The notes beneath the pieces are model-generated. The model made no database searches, was not told where the DNA came from, and saw only the letters and a list, made by a program, of their open reading frames with translations. A DNA stretch of 64,000 bases from Dimorphilus gyrociliatus (Eukaryota > Animalia > Annelida), in assembly GCA_904063045.1 (NCBI GenBank), contig CAJFCJ010000003.1, positions 2,342,504 through 2,406,503 of the forward strand, read 5' to 3'. The position numbers and the translations under genes are program-made. Shown in pieces: positions 1 to 12,488 of the stretch. Positions within the stretch are counted from its first letter, which is position 1, and the number at the start of each line of letters is the position of its first letter.

Positions 1-1578
1 TATACGAAATATGCACAGTAATTTCGTTCTTTTACTATTCTTCCTTTTGTTTAATTATGTTACACAATAGATTATATGCATTATTTATTTTATTATTCTC
101 TATATATTGGCATTATAAATATGAGAAGTTTTTAGTTATTAGTTTCTATTATTATTTATTGATTAATGATAGTATTTCCATTCATCAATCATTTTACTAA
201 GAAATGGTAGTGGTTTTATTATATAACCTTTAGAAAGTAGATTAAATATGAACTTATATTAATTTCCATTCATACTTCGTTTGTTTACAAAAAAAAACAA
301 TAATAAAGATTTTCTAATTTGGATATTGATAGCAAAAAAAATCTGTGTTTGTAGCGATGCAAACTTGTCTTGAAAAGATTTTCGCTAATCTTGAAACCTC
401 CCCAAATTTAGACGTACCCGGGTACCTCATCCGTTTTCTACTTTCCGGAGAATTTTAAATGACTTTACATTATCGCTCGTCGAACAATTTCCCACAAAAG
501 ACCTAATGCTCATTGATAAGACATATAGAAGCTCCTTTTGGGTATGTATAGACCAAGTTATACACAATGCGATGTCATTAGACTAGTTTACATCCAAATA
601 AGTGACAAAAACGAATAAAAAAGGGTTTTTCCTTGGACATACCCGAAAATCCATAGTTCCTGTGTAGTGAGAAATATATTACTGATTTGTTAAAATATAA
701 GTCACGACCTTTATGTTGATTAATGCTGGTGGCTTGTTGACACTACGGTAAAAGTACAATCGTGCCCTGCATGACTAATAGGGCTCTTAGAAAAGAGTAA
801 ATAATTTCTTAAAATGGTTCTCAAAATGGATAGTACAACTTATCAAAACTTTCCCATTGTATCAGCAGTAACAAAAGTTGTTTCTCCTAAAGAAAAGGTT
901 TTTATTTTTGTTATTATAAGAAAGGAAAGAGATTTTGTATAGCTGAAACTATTATTCAGACGTTTACAATTCTGAACTACTTTATTTAAGACTGAAAAGT
1001 TTGAATTTCTCTCTTAATTATTAATGTGATGTTTACATTATTTATCGGTTTTCAGAATGATTGAGACAGGTAATAATTTGCTTACCTTAAGTACTAAATC
1101 CAAATAGAAGTATCCGTTATAATATTAATATGTTTGAAACAATATGAATGACGAATTATCACTTTATATATTGCTTAATACATATTAAATTTATAATTGT
1201 AGTTTCTTATCACTAGGAAAAAAAACAACAATATATTGAAAAAAGAGTTTATTATATCTAAAATATGACTCTTTCCATCAGTTTCCATATATCACTATCA
1301 TGGTATGACATTCTTAATTGACATGATATCAGAAACCTAAACACACTCGTGCTATACTATTTAATTAAGCATCAGACACGTTTTTTAGCATTTGCTATTT
1401 GTCGCTTTTTATCGTTGGCCTTTTGTACTTAATTTGCAGCCTCTTTATGGCTGATAAACGACATTTTGATATTACTAATCGGTTAACGAACACGAATGTT
1501 TTTTTTTTCTATTTATGAAAACTTGATCATTTACACCTGATTTGCTAGATATATTGAAAAAAACTAGATTTATTAATA

Positions 1579-4500
1579 ATGACTTCCAATGCTACTGGAG
1601 TAAGTAAATTTGGATGCTATTTGAATTCTGAGAACAAAGAATATAGTTAAAATATTTCTTGTTATCTATTCTCACCATTCCTGAAATTGCTCTTTGCAGG
1701 GGGCTAATGGCTTCGATAATTTGAAGAATTATATGAAACAGAGTAATGATTTCATAAAAAATTTATCCGGTTTGCTCCAAGAAAGGTAGAGGTGATAAAT
1801 TTTTATCTATTTATTACAAATATTTCTTGTACAACTAACCAGGAGCGAAGCAGAATTAAATTTTTCAAAGAATTTATCAAAGATAAGCAAAAAACTAAGC
1901 CGTTATTGCTCAACCGAACTAACTATTTACGAGGCATGGGGTATGTCAGCTTCGGAGATGGAACAAGAAGCAGAAGCTCACAAGAATGTTTCAATTGCAA
2001 TCAATGATATTTATAAACAAATGAAAGAACTAGATGAGATGTTTGCTAAAAATAGAAAACCGGTTTGATTATTAAATAAAGTATGTTTACGCTCTCCGAA
2101 CGTATGTCTCATCACAGCACGAAGACTTGGTAACGAAAACGAATAAGGATTTAAAAAGAATGCGATGTGATGAAAAAGATAGATCCAAGGAAGCGTTCAA
2201 TTGTCACAAAGATTATGAGAAAGCGAGAGATACTGTCCAAAGGGCTGACAAAATTCAAAAGTTGGATGGAAAGGCTCAATTTGCAGACAATGAATACAAA
2301 AAGACTTGCTTGAAATTAGAGGAAGCAAGACAGGCCTACGAAACTGCTGTATTTAATGTCAGTTTTATTAAGTTACTGTATAATGGTAAACACATAATTC
2401 TTTTAATTTGCCATATAGGGCTGTCATGAACTTCAAAAATTGGATGAAATCAGAATATCCAAAATGAAAGACATGCTCACAGCCTACAACAATTCGATAT
2501 CCTCTGTTATTCCTGTAGTCAATCAGGTAAACTATTCGATAAGAGGGAAACAGTATAGCTTTAATTAAGTTTTACTATTGTGTGACAGAGCTCAGACAAA
2601 ATTAGAGAAAGTATTGGGAAAGTGAATGCAACCAAAGATATGAACGCTGTTGTTGAATTAAAAGGAACAATGTGTAATAAACCTGAGCAAGTTTTGATAA
2701 CTTTTTATGTTAGTTGATGAATAATAGTACTATTGCGATACTGTCAGAAAATATTATATAATATTTTTCTAATTAGGCGGAAAATTCTCACAATCTTGCC
2801 GACAATGAAAGAAGAAGATTTCTTTTACAAGGGCATTTAGTAATTATCTAAACTACTATTATTAATATCAATATTTTTTATTGTGTCATTTGTATTAACT
2901 ACAGAGTTCCTTACAAAGCGATGCTACAACTACCGTTAAAGCTCTGGAAGGTAAGATTTTCGATTTCTTTTTAAAAAATTTAATAATTTTTCAAATTTAG
3001 GTATTAAAAAGACAATGGATGTCTTTAAAAGAGACAACTTTAAGAATGAAGATGCTTATAATCAAGCAAGACACGGATATTGGCAGGTAATTGATTACTC
3101 AGAAAACATTTTTAATCTCTTATTTAATCATTGGTTTATTTGTAAAGTGCCACGCCAAACTCGAAATGTTAGAAGCATCTCAGTACAAAATCAGTAGAGC
3201 TCTAGCTGAATTAGATTGTAGTGCTAAGCCAGTATCAGAGTATGAAAAATACATTGAAAAGAGTGGAGAAAGAGGTCACGAAATTTGGTTTCTAAGAAAG
3301 CCATATCCTCCAGATTATCCTGGTACAGTACCAGAGAGGCTTTTACCGCAAAAGAGTTGTGACGATTACGATGATGAATTCGGTAAGTAAAAATGTATAA
3401 ATCTTTTTAGAATACTTCTAATCTTCTGGTAAAAGTGATATAGAAATGTCAATAGGGCGTTAGTCATCAACTGGCATCGCTATTTAGTCATTCAAAAAGA
3501 ATTTTTTTATGAACTAAGAAAAATATTTAGCAAACTATTTTTTAAAATAAACAGGTTTTCAATTATGTCCAGCATGCAATGAAGGATATTGTAGAAAGCA
3601 TAGTAGGTTTAAATTTTTCAAAGTTTTTTCAACTTTTTTTTTGTTTTTTAACATTTCTATTAGTTTACAGCTTTTTTAAAAATGAGCATTACAAAATAAC
3701 TTTCATTGCCTTAACTAATAATAGTAAATAGCTTTTTTGTTGTCAAATAAAGCGTACTCTTTTAAACTTTAATGTTTAAAAACACAAATATAACTTGCCT
3801 CTAGGAGACGATAACAGTTTAGCATCCTTTGATTCATTCGACGATGGTAAGAAATCTGGATTGACTGTTGTTTAAATATGTTGTTTCAGTAGATACTGTA
3901 TATATTAGTATATATAAAAATATATAAATATATAGATAGAAATAAGAAATATTTATTCATAGACCCCTTGTATTTCAGAAGTATATTCCATTATCGTTTA
4001 CTTTTCTATATGCATGAAAAATATTTTGTTTAGTTTTTATTTACTTTTTTCACAGTGTAAAAATTATTTTCGAATGTATTTAATCTTTCTGATTTGTTAA
4101 AAAATAATCTATTTCTTTTTCTCTTTTTATCTAAATCATTTTCAGATGAGGAATATTCAGGAGAGTTTTTATTTTTATCTTTTTTAGATTATAGCACCAT
4201 TAAGTATTCAATATGCATTCAAATATTTTGCTTGAACAGCTCCAAAAATTGCATATTAATGTGTTCCAAAAAAACGTAGATATTGTTGAATGTGTTTTGT
4301 TATGCATAAGTATTTTAATTAATTTTTGCAAAAAAGTCTGTTGTTAATATAGCCGAAAAAAGACCATTTATCGAAATTAATAAGCTTATAAGATGAAAAA
4401 ACAAGAGCAATTTAACATATTTTTAAGAGGTAAAAAGGCTTGTGCGGAGTTAGCATGCAACTTTTATAAAGTTTTGAAATTCTCCAAATTCTTATTGCAT

Positions 4501-4915
4501 TTTTAAGATAAGAAACGTTGCTCTTAATGAAACAACCCAAACAACAAATTTGCAGATGATAACTATTTTTTTGCATGCTATAGCTTCATTTTATTGTGTC
4601 TTGTTATTTCTTTCTTGCATTTCGCTTATAAAAAACATTAGATATACTTTTGCTTGAAATTTTCTTTTATTCTTTAACTAATTTACTTGATTTTTATAAA
4701 CAGATGTCCCAGAGCAAGATGCTAATGTATCATCAACAGGTCTTGGAAGATTTAAGGCTATATATAGTTATGATGCGGTAAATCAAGGGGACCTTAACTT
4801 TCAGGAAAATGATGTTATTGACATTCAAGAGAAATTAGATGATAATTGGTTCTATGGCGAATTACGTGGTATCTGCGGCAACGTGCCATCCAATTACCTT
4901 GAGAAAATAGGCTAG
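1579..4915 (+). CDS. NOSTRIN: NOSTRIN-like F-BAR + HR1 + SH3 protein (multi-exon)
   Basis: Spliced reading: MTSNATG|GANGFDNLKNYMKQSNDFIKNLSGLLQER (F-BAR start), helical exons 1843-2700, HR1-like CHAKLEMLEASQYKISRALAELD (3140-3210), and terminal SH3 exon FKAIYSYDAVNQGDLNFQENDVIDIQEKLDDNWFYGELRGICGNVPSNYLEKIG* ending TAG 4913-4915. Small exons between 3390 and 4700 are uncertain. Confidence 0.8.
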
Positions 4916-5410
4916 ATACCATTGAGTAATACAATTATTTTGCATCATAGTCACTGCTACTGACTTTTATTACTATTCTGTCAGAAGTTCCAAAGGTAAA
5001 AAAAGCGGCATGTGTTTGTTTGTTCAAATATATGTATAAATATATAATGATGTATTAGAATTTATATGTATATTGCCTTCAAATTTGCTTAAACAGAAAG
5101 GTAAGACTTCTAATTGCATTTTTACTTTTCAACAAGTAGAGATACAAATAATCGAAATTTTCAAATTATTGGATGTTTGTAAATTTGAAACTTTTCAATG
5201 TAATTAATTTTAGCTCAATATACATTCACATATGATAATATATTGCGATTTCAAGAATTATATATTTTAATCCCAAATCCAATGGTTCATATTATATTAT
5301 ACATAGATATTTACATAGCGAAACGTTTAATTTTATTCTTTCTTATACATCTTTGAAGAATGACACGAAAAATAGCCTATAGTTAATTTAAAGATTTTTT
5401 TGATGAAGAT

Positions 5411-7524
5411 CTAAAGCTCTTTCAGAGTGTATTGCGTCCCCATTTTCTTTAAATAGAGGAAAATTAACAGCATCCCTATACTTCCAATAACATAGCAAAC
5501 TGCGGCCCCAAAACACCAGAACACTGAAAGAATAAAGATGAAACTTTTATAGTATAATTTTTAGTATAATCATACTTGAAATTTACCTGAACAAGCAAAC
5601 ACAGGTCCTGATGCACGAGCTAATGAACCCAGAGATCGTAGGATACCTAAAATGGCTCCTTTTTGATTTTCTTGACCAATTTTTGTTGTAACTGTCGTTA
5701 GACAAGGTACAACCACTGCCGAAGCTAATAAAATTCATTTTAATATACATAAAATTTTCAACTTGATTTAATAAGAATAATGTTAGCTTACCAATAGCAT
5801 AAAAGCTCAGCCCAATATAAAATTGAATCAATGAATATGAAAAAGCTATTAGTATAAATGCCGGAATAAGTAGGAAAACAGCAAAAGATGCTGTCTTAAT
5901 TTCTTTTCCCGGTTTTATTCTTCGTGTATAGCCTCCTAGAATTTATGTAAATCAATATAATTAAGTTTTATCACAATTGAAATACAATTAAATCAAACCT
6001 TGAACAGAAGCCATCAGTATACCAATAAAGAGGAACATTTTGCCTTGTTGCATATTATCATACTAATTAAACAAAATGTGTATAAAAATAGAATAAAAAT
6101 AAAAAGTTGTAAAAACTAACTTGAAATCTATTAAAAGTAAAAAATCCCAATGTAAATTCAAGTCCCGAATAGATGAACAAATAACAGAAATAACTTTTTC
6201 CGATTTTTTTTACCAGATCTCGATCTTTTTGAAAAAACAAAGAGTTTTGAATGCAAATATCTAATCGACTATTATTGATAAGGAAAAGTTTTTGTCATGT
6301 TGAAAATTTTAAATCTTGTTGAGTAATTGTTAGCTTTGAAAAAATTCAATTCATTTTTTTATCATCCTTAAAGGTTTACGTAATTATTCTAATTGATATA
6401 AATGAGATATTAGATAGAAGACAAAGAAAAGTTAAAACTAAAAAAAATGCAACTTTAAATGAATTATTGATAAATTGAAAATCGTCAACAAACCTCTCTG
6501 TTTAAAGCCGTTGACGGGTGAAAAATTAAAGAGACTGGATGGATTAATAAGTGATAAACGATTGGAAGCTTCGCTTGTAACAGATTTTCTCTAGATATAA
6601 AATGTAATTAGAATTAATTTTATTAATATTAATAATTAAAGTAATGTATACCCTCTTTTCTTTCGGAAGACTTTCTTTCAAGAATATTATAAGATATATC
6701 ATTTCTATGCCAATTAATGTTAAACAAAACAAGGCTGGACTGAATATGAAAGATGTGCCGCTTTTGTATGTAGTTATAAACGCTCCTATGATAGGTCCTA
6801 CAACAAAACCAATAGAGAATGCAATACCAATAAGAGCCATTGCTTTTCCTCTGTTCTCCTTATTCGTGATATCTGTCATTATTGCTATACTAAGACTCGC
6901 GTTGCTTTCACTTATTCCCGCTAGTATTCTTGCTATTGCGAACAAAGTGAAATTATCGCTTATTGCCCAAATAAGATAGGAAAACGCGTTGACAAACATA
7001 GTCAAGAGAAGAACTCTCTTCCTGCCATAGACGTCTGAAAGAGCTCCAATTAATGGAGAGGATAGGAATTGCATCAATGAGAAAATTGACCCTAAGAGTC
7101 CCCCAAAGAGTACAGAATTCCATCTTGGAGTATCTGGAGCTCCAACAAGTTGACGGAATTGGTGGACAGTTCCTTGAACGAGAGAGTAGAAGGTATCCTA
7201 TATCATCAAGAAAAATTTTTTGCATGATTAATAGTCATAGCCAGGTCTCACCAAGCAACAAAAGACTATTTGTTCATAAACCTAAATATTCACCTCAGCA
7301 ATGGAATACGGTATAATATACAGAAATATAGCGATTTAATAAAAAATGTATATTACAATCTATTCTCTAATAGGAAAATGTGCAATTTATGGAAAACAAA
7401 CCTGTTTATTTTGAGCATATTGCCGCAAAATCGACGGAAATAGAGGTAGTATCACAGTAAATGATATTAAATCGATAATCAAAGCTATGAAGACAACCCA
7501 CTTCGTATTATTATTCTCACTCAT
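5411..7524 (-). CDS. MFSD10: MFS transporter, MFSD10/TETRAN-like (multi-exon)
   Basis: Exon 1 MSENNNTKWVVFIALIIDLISFTVILPLFPSIL; WNSVLFGGLLGSIFSLMQFLSSPLIGALSDVYGRKR (MFS motif A); later exons YLFIYSGLEFTL, QQGKMFLFIGILMASVQG, GAILGILRSLGSLARASGP; stop TAG at 5411-5413. Confidence 0.9.
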
Positions 7525-7633
7525 GATTAGCAAACTAGTCCACTACTCTTAGATTTACTAAGATATTATAAATTGTATTTATACACATCCACGTTGGCCA
7601 GCCAGATAAAAATAGGGCCGCCCATTTCAATGA

Positions 7634-7643
7634 GTCACGTGAT
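7634..7643. promoter_or_regulatory. E-box/CLEAR-like element GTCACGTGAT
   Basis: Near-palindromic GTCACGTGAT about 110 bp upstream of the MFSD10 ATG. Confidence 0.45.
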
Positions 7644-8528
7644 TCTTCTCAATATACTCAAAACACGACCAGAGTACAAGTAACTCCACAAAGTTTGGTT
7701 ATGTAAAACTGCGCTAAAATATTAATTTTATATATAACATATGGTTTATAAAAGGTAATTAATATCATAATTGTTGTATAATGCATAAAAAATCGGCTTA
7801 AAATTGATTATAAACGATGCTACTAGCAACAAGAAGAGAAAAGCTAAGTGTATAGGCCTAACAAATATAAGGCTAAAAATAATGGCCTAATATATAATAT
7901 ATGGGTCATTCTTTCACGTTCTTTTTTTTTTCTCGAGAATTAACATAATGAACAAGAAAAAAACAAGAGATAATAAATTGATATTCTCCGTATACTTAGT
8001 AAGAAAATAACAAATAAATCTTAATAAAGTATTAAAATTTCCATTTTTATGTTTTTTTAAAAATATATATATATAATTTGTATTTATTTTCAATAAAATT
8101 TGTAAATATTGACGAAAAAGAAATCGCTACATATTAAGCAATTTACATATACATATATATATATAAAATATGTATGCATATGATATATTATCTCTCTTTT
8201 TCTTTTTTTTTTTAAAAAAAAAAAAAACTAAAAGAGAGAGAAAAAGATTTTTATGAAAAGTAACTGTAACATCGTACAAAAGTATAGAATGGCACTTTTT
8301 AAATAAATTTCGAAAAGTATAATGCATATACGGATAGTTTGTTTTCTAAAATCCAGTACATCATGTTTTTATAATTGATAACTTTTATGGCTTATTCCTT
8401 ATTATTTATCCATTTTTATATTTCAACTTTCCTTTCTATTTCATGTTTTTTTTAATGTATTGAATGATTTTCTTTCCATTTCTATTATAGAAATAAGTAT
8501 TTATTAAAAGTATAAGTATATAAGTTAA

Positions 8529-9090
8529 TTAATTTACCCAAGTTTGGCCTCCTTCTTGTGTCACTTTACTCATTTTTTCCATAGCACTTTTTCTCTCTTC
8601 TGAATCAAATTTCTTTAAAATGATTTTTCTTTTATGATTAGAGTCGGGTTGTTCTGAGTAGCCCTTTAAAACAAAATAATAACGTTTATATAAAATTTAT
8701 ATTCATATTTTCTCATTAATAAGTCTACTTACAGTCATAGAATTCCATTTTTGAAGGTCCATAATTGGAGGATGTATTTGACTTAGACCTCCTTTACCTA
8801 AAATTGAAAATGAACTGGTATTTTCGTCAAATTTCAATAAGAGTATTTGTTTGTGTACCTGGCGTATACTCATTTTTCCAATATGTCGGCTTTAAACTGG
8901 CAGCCGCTTCCTCTTTTTCCTTTTTTGCCTCTTTGCGGTATATTAGCGCCCAAAACACCAAACAACCGAGAGACAAAAATGATAGAATTGCCAAAGCAAC
9001 AATAAAATACAATAGAATGGAATTTTTCCATTCTAGAGAGCTTAAAACTTCTATTTCAGAATCATGAAAACGCTGTGTATGGTCTTCCAT
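8529..9090 (-). CDS. Small single-pass membrane protein of unknown function (3 coding exons; start could be 9090 or 9129/9135)
   Basis: MEDHTQRFHDSEIEV...SILLYFIVALAILSFLSLGCLVFWALIYRK (TM); phase-compatible GT-AG exons ...EYTP|GKGGLSQIHPPIMDLQKWNSMT|GYSEQPDSNHKRK...QTWVN*. Confidence 0.55.
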
Positions 9091-9487
9091 AATACCATTG
9101 GAGGCTTCACTAAAGTTTGGAGTAGTCATTTTCAATAAAAAATATTATTTTACCGTTAAAACAGTCACTGAGGGCCAAGAAAATAATTTTAATTTGCCAC
9201 TCCGTCTACTGCACTTGTAAAATGGTGATTAAAAACTTTCTAATATTAAACTTGAGTATAAATAAGTTTTGCATACTATGTTTTTTTAAAAAAAAAAAAA
9301 TAGTAATCATATTGAGCACTTTAAATTATTCTTTTGCTAAACTACCCGTTTATTCTGATATTCATATTATAAAAGGAGAGCGTGTTGCAAACCGATAATG
9401 AAATAAAAGCTAACAAATTATTTCAAGTTTTTAGCAATAGCATATTATATTTTAAAGTTGTATTTCTATAACACAACCTAGAATAAG

Positions 9488-9866
9488 ATGAAAGGAAAAA
9501 TAAAGAAAATAAAGAAACGTTGTAAACAAAGGTAATGACTGTGTACTTGTTTTTAAAAAAAAACCATATTCTACTGTTATTGATATGTTTCAAATGAAAA
9601 TTATCACATTTTTTTCTATTTATAGTGATGCAGTATTTATTGAAATTAGTCGAAATGTTTCTGTGAATGAGGCTCTCCGTGAGAAATTAGAAAATATTAA
9701 ACCCCCATCATTGAAAAAAGGAAAAACTACATTAAAAAAAACCAAGTGCAATAAATCTGATGAAATGCCTGTTTTAACAATAGAAAATCTAAGGAAAATG
9801 AGTAAAAACAACATGCCGGATGTTATAATTGTAGGTGGAGCTAAGAAGAAGAATATAAATAATTGA
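9488..9866 (+). CDS. Small Lys-rich protein of unknown function (2 exons)
   Basis: MKGKIKKIKKRCKQ(S) exon with donor aag|gtaatg, acceptor tatag| near 9625, then DAVFIEISRNVS...GGAKKKNINN* ending at 9866. No family recognised. Confidence 0.4.
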
Positions 9867-10476
9867 AAATTGAAAAATATGTTACAATTCTTAAAATATT
9901 AGAGATCTTAACAATTTAACAATGTAGAAAAATCATTCATCATTAATTAATCTCTAGCTAATCAATATGAACAATTGTGTTTCTTTGTTAAATTTTATTA
10001 TACATATTTTGTACTTTACTGTAAGATTAAATGCTTCTTTATGAATGATAATATTTAAGCCTAATATTTTCTTAAATGATGAAAACATATTTCATATCTT
10101 AACATCTCTCATCATTTCTTCCAATTTTGGGTTGTTTTTTTTTCTTTGTTCCCAAGTTTTATATTTATTGAATAGGAATCAAGAAATAATTTCAACTTGC
10201 CCTAATATTTGAACTTATGAGACTACTTTTTAGTATCAAAGTTTAAGAATCTATTAATACTGTTATTTCCTTTTCGTCAAATTTATATTTAGTTAGAAGG
10301 ACACAAAGTCCTATTAGGAAAATTATTGTTATTAATAAATAAACTAAATTATATATATAATAACACTTTATTGCTTTGATTGGTATAAATAATCAGTTTT
10401 TTTTATCAGTCTCAAGGCAGTTTTTTGTTGCACAAGTATTGGTTTGTGTGTGAATTAACATTCATCATTCAATTTT

Positions 10477-10479
<3 letters not shown>

Positions 10480-10513
<34 letters not shown>
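10480..10513. repeat. (AT)n microsatellite
   Basis: Uninterrupted TA dinucleotide run. Confidence 0.95.
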
Positions 10514-10515
<2 letters not shown>

Positions 10516-10802
10516 TACATATTACATAGCAATAAAGATTTAATGATTTTTTTATTTATTTGAAAAGAAAATACAATGTCACTTCACCTATTGGGTCTAA
10601 AGCAAGTAGGATGAATTCGATTATGTCTAGGAAAACTTCTATATTAAGCAGATGTCTAAAATTTAGTCTTTTAATTTCTTTTAACATTATCTCATTTTAT
10701 CTAATAGTGGATTAGTACCAAGCTTTGTTATCTTAAAAAATATGTGATATTTGGACAAAGTTACTTGTTACATAATCCTCAGCTGATTTTAAGAGTTTGT
10801 AA

Positions 10803-10852
10803 GCGCCATCTTTTGCCTTAAAAACAATTGCTGATTGGCTATGAATCACGTG
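10803..10852. promoter_or_regulatory. Promoter module: GCGCCATCTT + CCAAT box (CTGATTGGCT) + E-box CACGTG
   Basis: Three recognisable motifs within 50 bp (10803-10812, 10831-10840, 10847-10852), upstream of a probable 5'UTR intron (donor near 10977, acceptor ttttcag at 11402) of the TMEM53-like gene. Confidence 0.55.
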
Positions 10853-11408
10853 CAACCTTGACATTGAGTTTATGTGCATAAGATGATCTCCCAACGTTTT
10901 GTCGTAGTTTCTTGAATGATCACTCTCTCATCAGATCTCTATAACTTTGGAATTTGTTGGAAAGTATTTCAGCTAAGTAAGTTTCTCTTTGAAAAAACTT
11001 CAATATTCATCTTAGCAAATTTCTGAGCAATTATTTCAATACCGAGAAAAAACGTGGGTAATATTGATTTGTTCAATACTACATTGATCTACAATATCAA
11101 GACTTTGTTACACATTATCGAAATCTTGGAAAATGTTTTTAGTTTATGCAAAAAATCACAATTATTCAATTGTAATTAACTTCCTCTGATTCGTTTTTAC
11201 AAGAAAAGTTCCACAGATAAGATATTTCCTTGAAAACAAAGAAGTGTACGCATAAAGCACTGAATTCGAATTGATAGGCCAAAGTATAACACCAAGATAA
11301 AAAGTTTTATTAGAATCAATTAAAGAAATGAGCTAAATAAAAAAATGGATTTTATATGCGAATATTTGACATTAAACATAAATCCTTTGTTATCCTTTTC
11401 AGATAATC

Positions 11409-12488
11409 ATGAGACTCTTTATGAAAACTATATATAATAAGAGCTTTGCATCTGTATGTATTGAATTATTATGTTTTTTTTCTTCAAAACAATAACCATC
11501 TGTTTTTATTTGCTTCAATTAATAGAATCCTTACCTATATTTGGTGGCTAAGAGATCAGTTGCTTCAACTCAAGCGAAGCCTGAAGTTCTATCTAAACAT
11601 ATGAAAATAAGAAAGGCTTTTGATTCGAAATTGAATGCTGATGAGAGACCCTTAATTTTATTGTATAGTTGGTTGAGGGCCAAATCAAGTCATCTAAATA
11701 AATACAGTGACTTTTATCTGACAAAGGGTTTTGATGTATTACAAATAACCACTACTCCCTCTTCAATTGTTGCACCTAAAAAAGCAAGAAAGAGCATGGA
11801 AGAATTGCTAAATTATATTAATTCCGAACACGACCATAAACCATTATTTGTTCATGGTTTCTCAGTTGGTGGTTATCTCTTTGGCGAAACTTTAAAACAT
11901 ATGAAAGACAAGCCTAAATTATACGAAAGTGTTAGCAGTAGAATTAAGGGACAGTGCTTCGATTCCCCAGTAGATGTTTCAAATATTGCCAAAGGACTTG
12001 CTCATGTGCTAGCCCCAAATAATCCTAACAAAAAAGCATTTTTGAAAAGTGCTTTTTCTCTTTATCTTCAATTAACAAAAAACATAACTGGCTCTTATTA
12101 TAATGCAAGTCAAGATCAGATCTTGAATAATTATTTCGGAATACCAACATTGTTTTTCTACAGTAAATCTGATCCAATTTGTTCGTTCGAATTAATTAAT
12201 AGTATAATATCTGATCATGAAAGAAAGAATATTCCAGTAAGTAAATTATTCTATAAAATTATTGATTATGGTTAAATGGTACTAAACGTAATTATGTATA
12301 TATAGGTTTTGGGGAAATGGTGGACAAGTTCTCCTCATGTTTTACATATGAAACAAGATCCTGTTGAGTATATTGGTTCGTTGAATAATTTCTTAGAAAG
12401 CGTCGATCTTCTTCCAAAAGGACATTTAGAAAAAGAAGATATGATATCAAAAACTGAAAAGATTAAGGAAACCTCATATGGTATTTAG
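11409..12488 (+). CDS. TMEM53/DUF829-family alpha/beta hydrolase (3 exons)
   Basis: RPLILLYSWLRAK, nucleophile elbow HGFSVGG, FDSP, LFFYSKSDPI, last exon WWTSSPHVLHM; stop TAG at 12486-12488. Confidence 0.8.

Noticed and set aside
340-900. Somewhat GC-richer segment that might hold exons
   Set aside because: All frames on both strands close within about 50 codons, and there is no recognisable motif.
8534-8546. TTACCCAAGTTTG matches part of the nematode SL1 spliced leader
   Set aside because: It is not followed by AG|GT or an Sm site, and it is the antisense of a coding exon end. Chance match.
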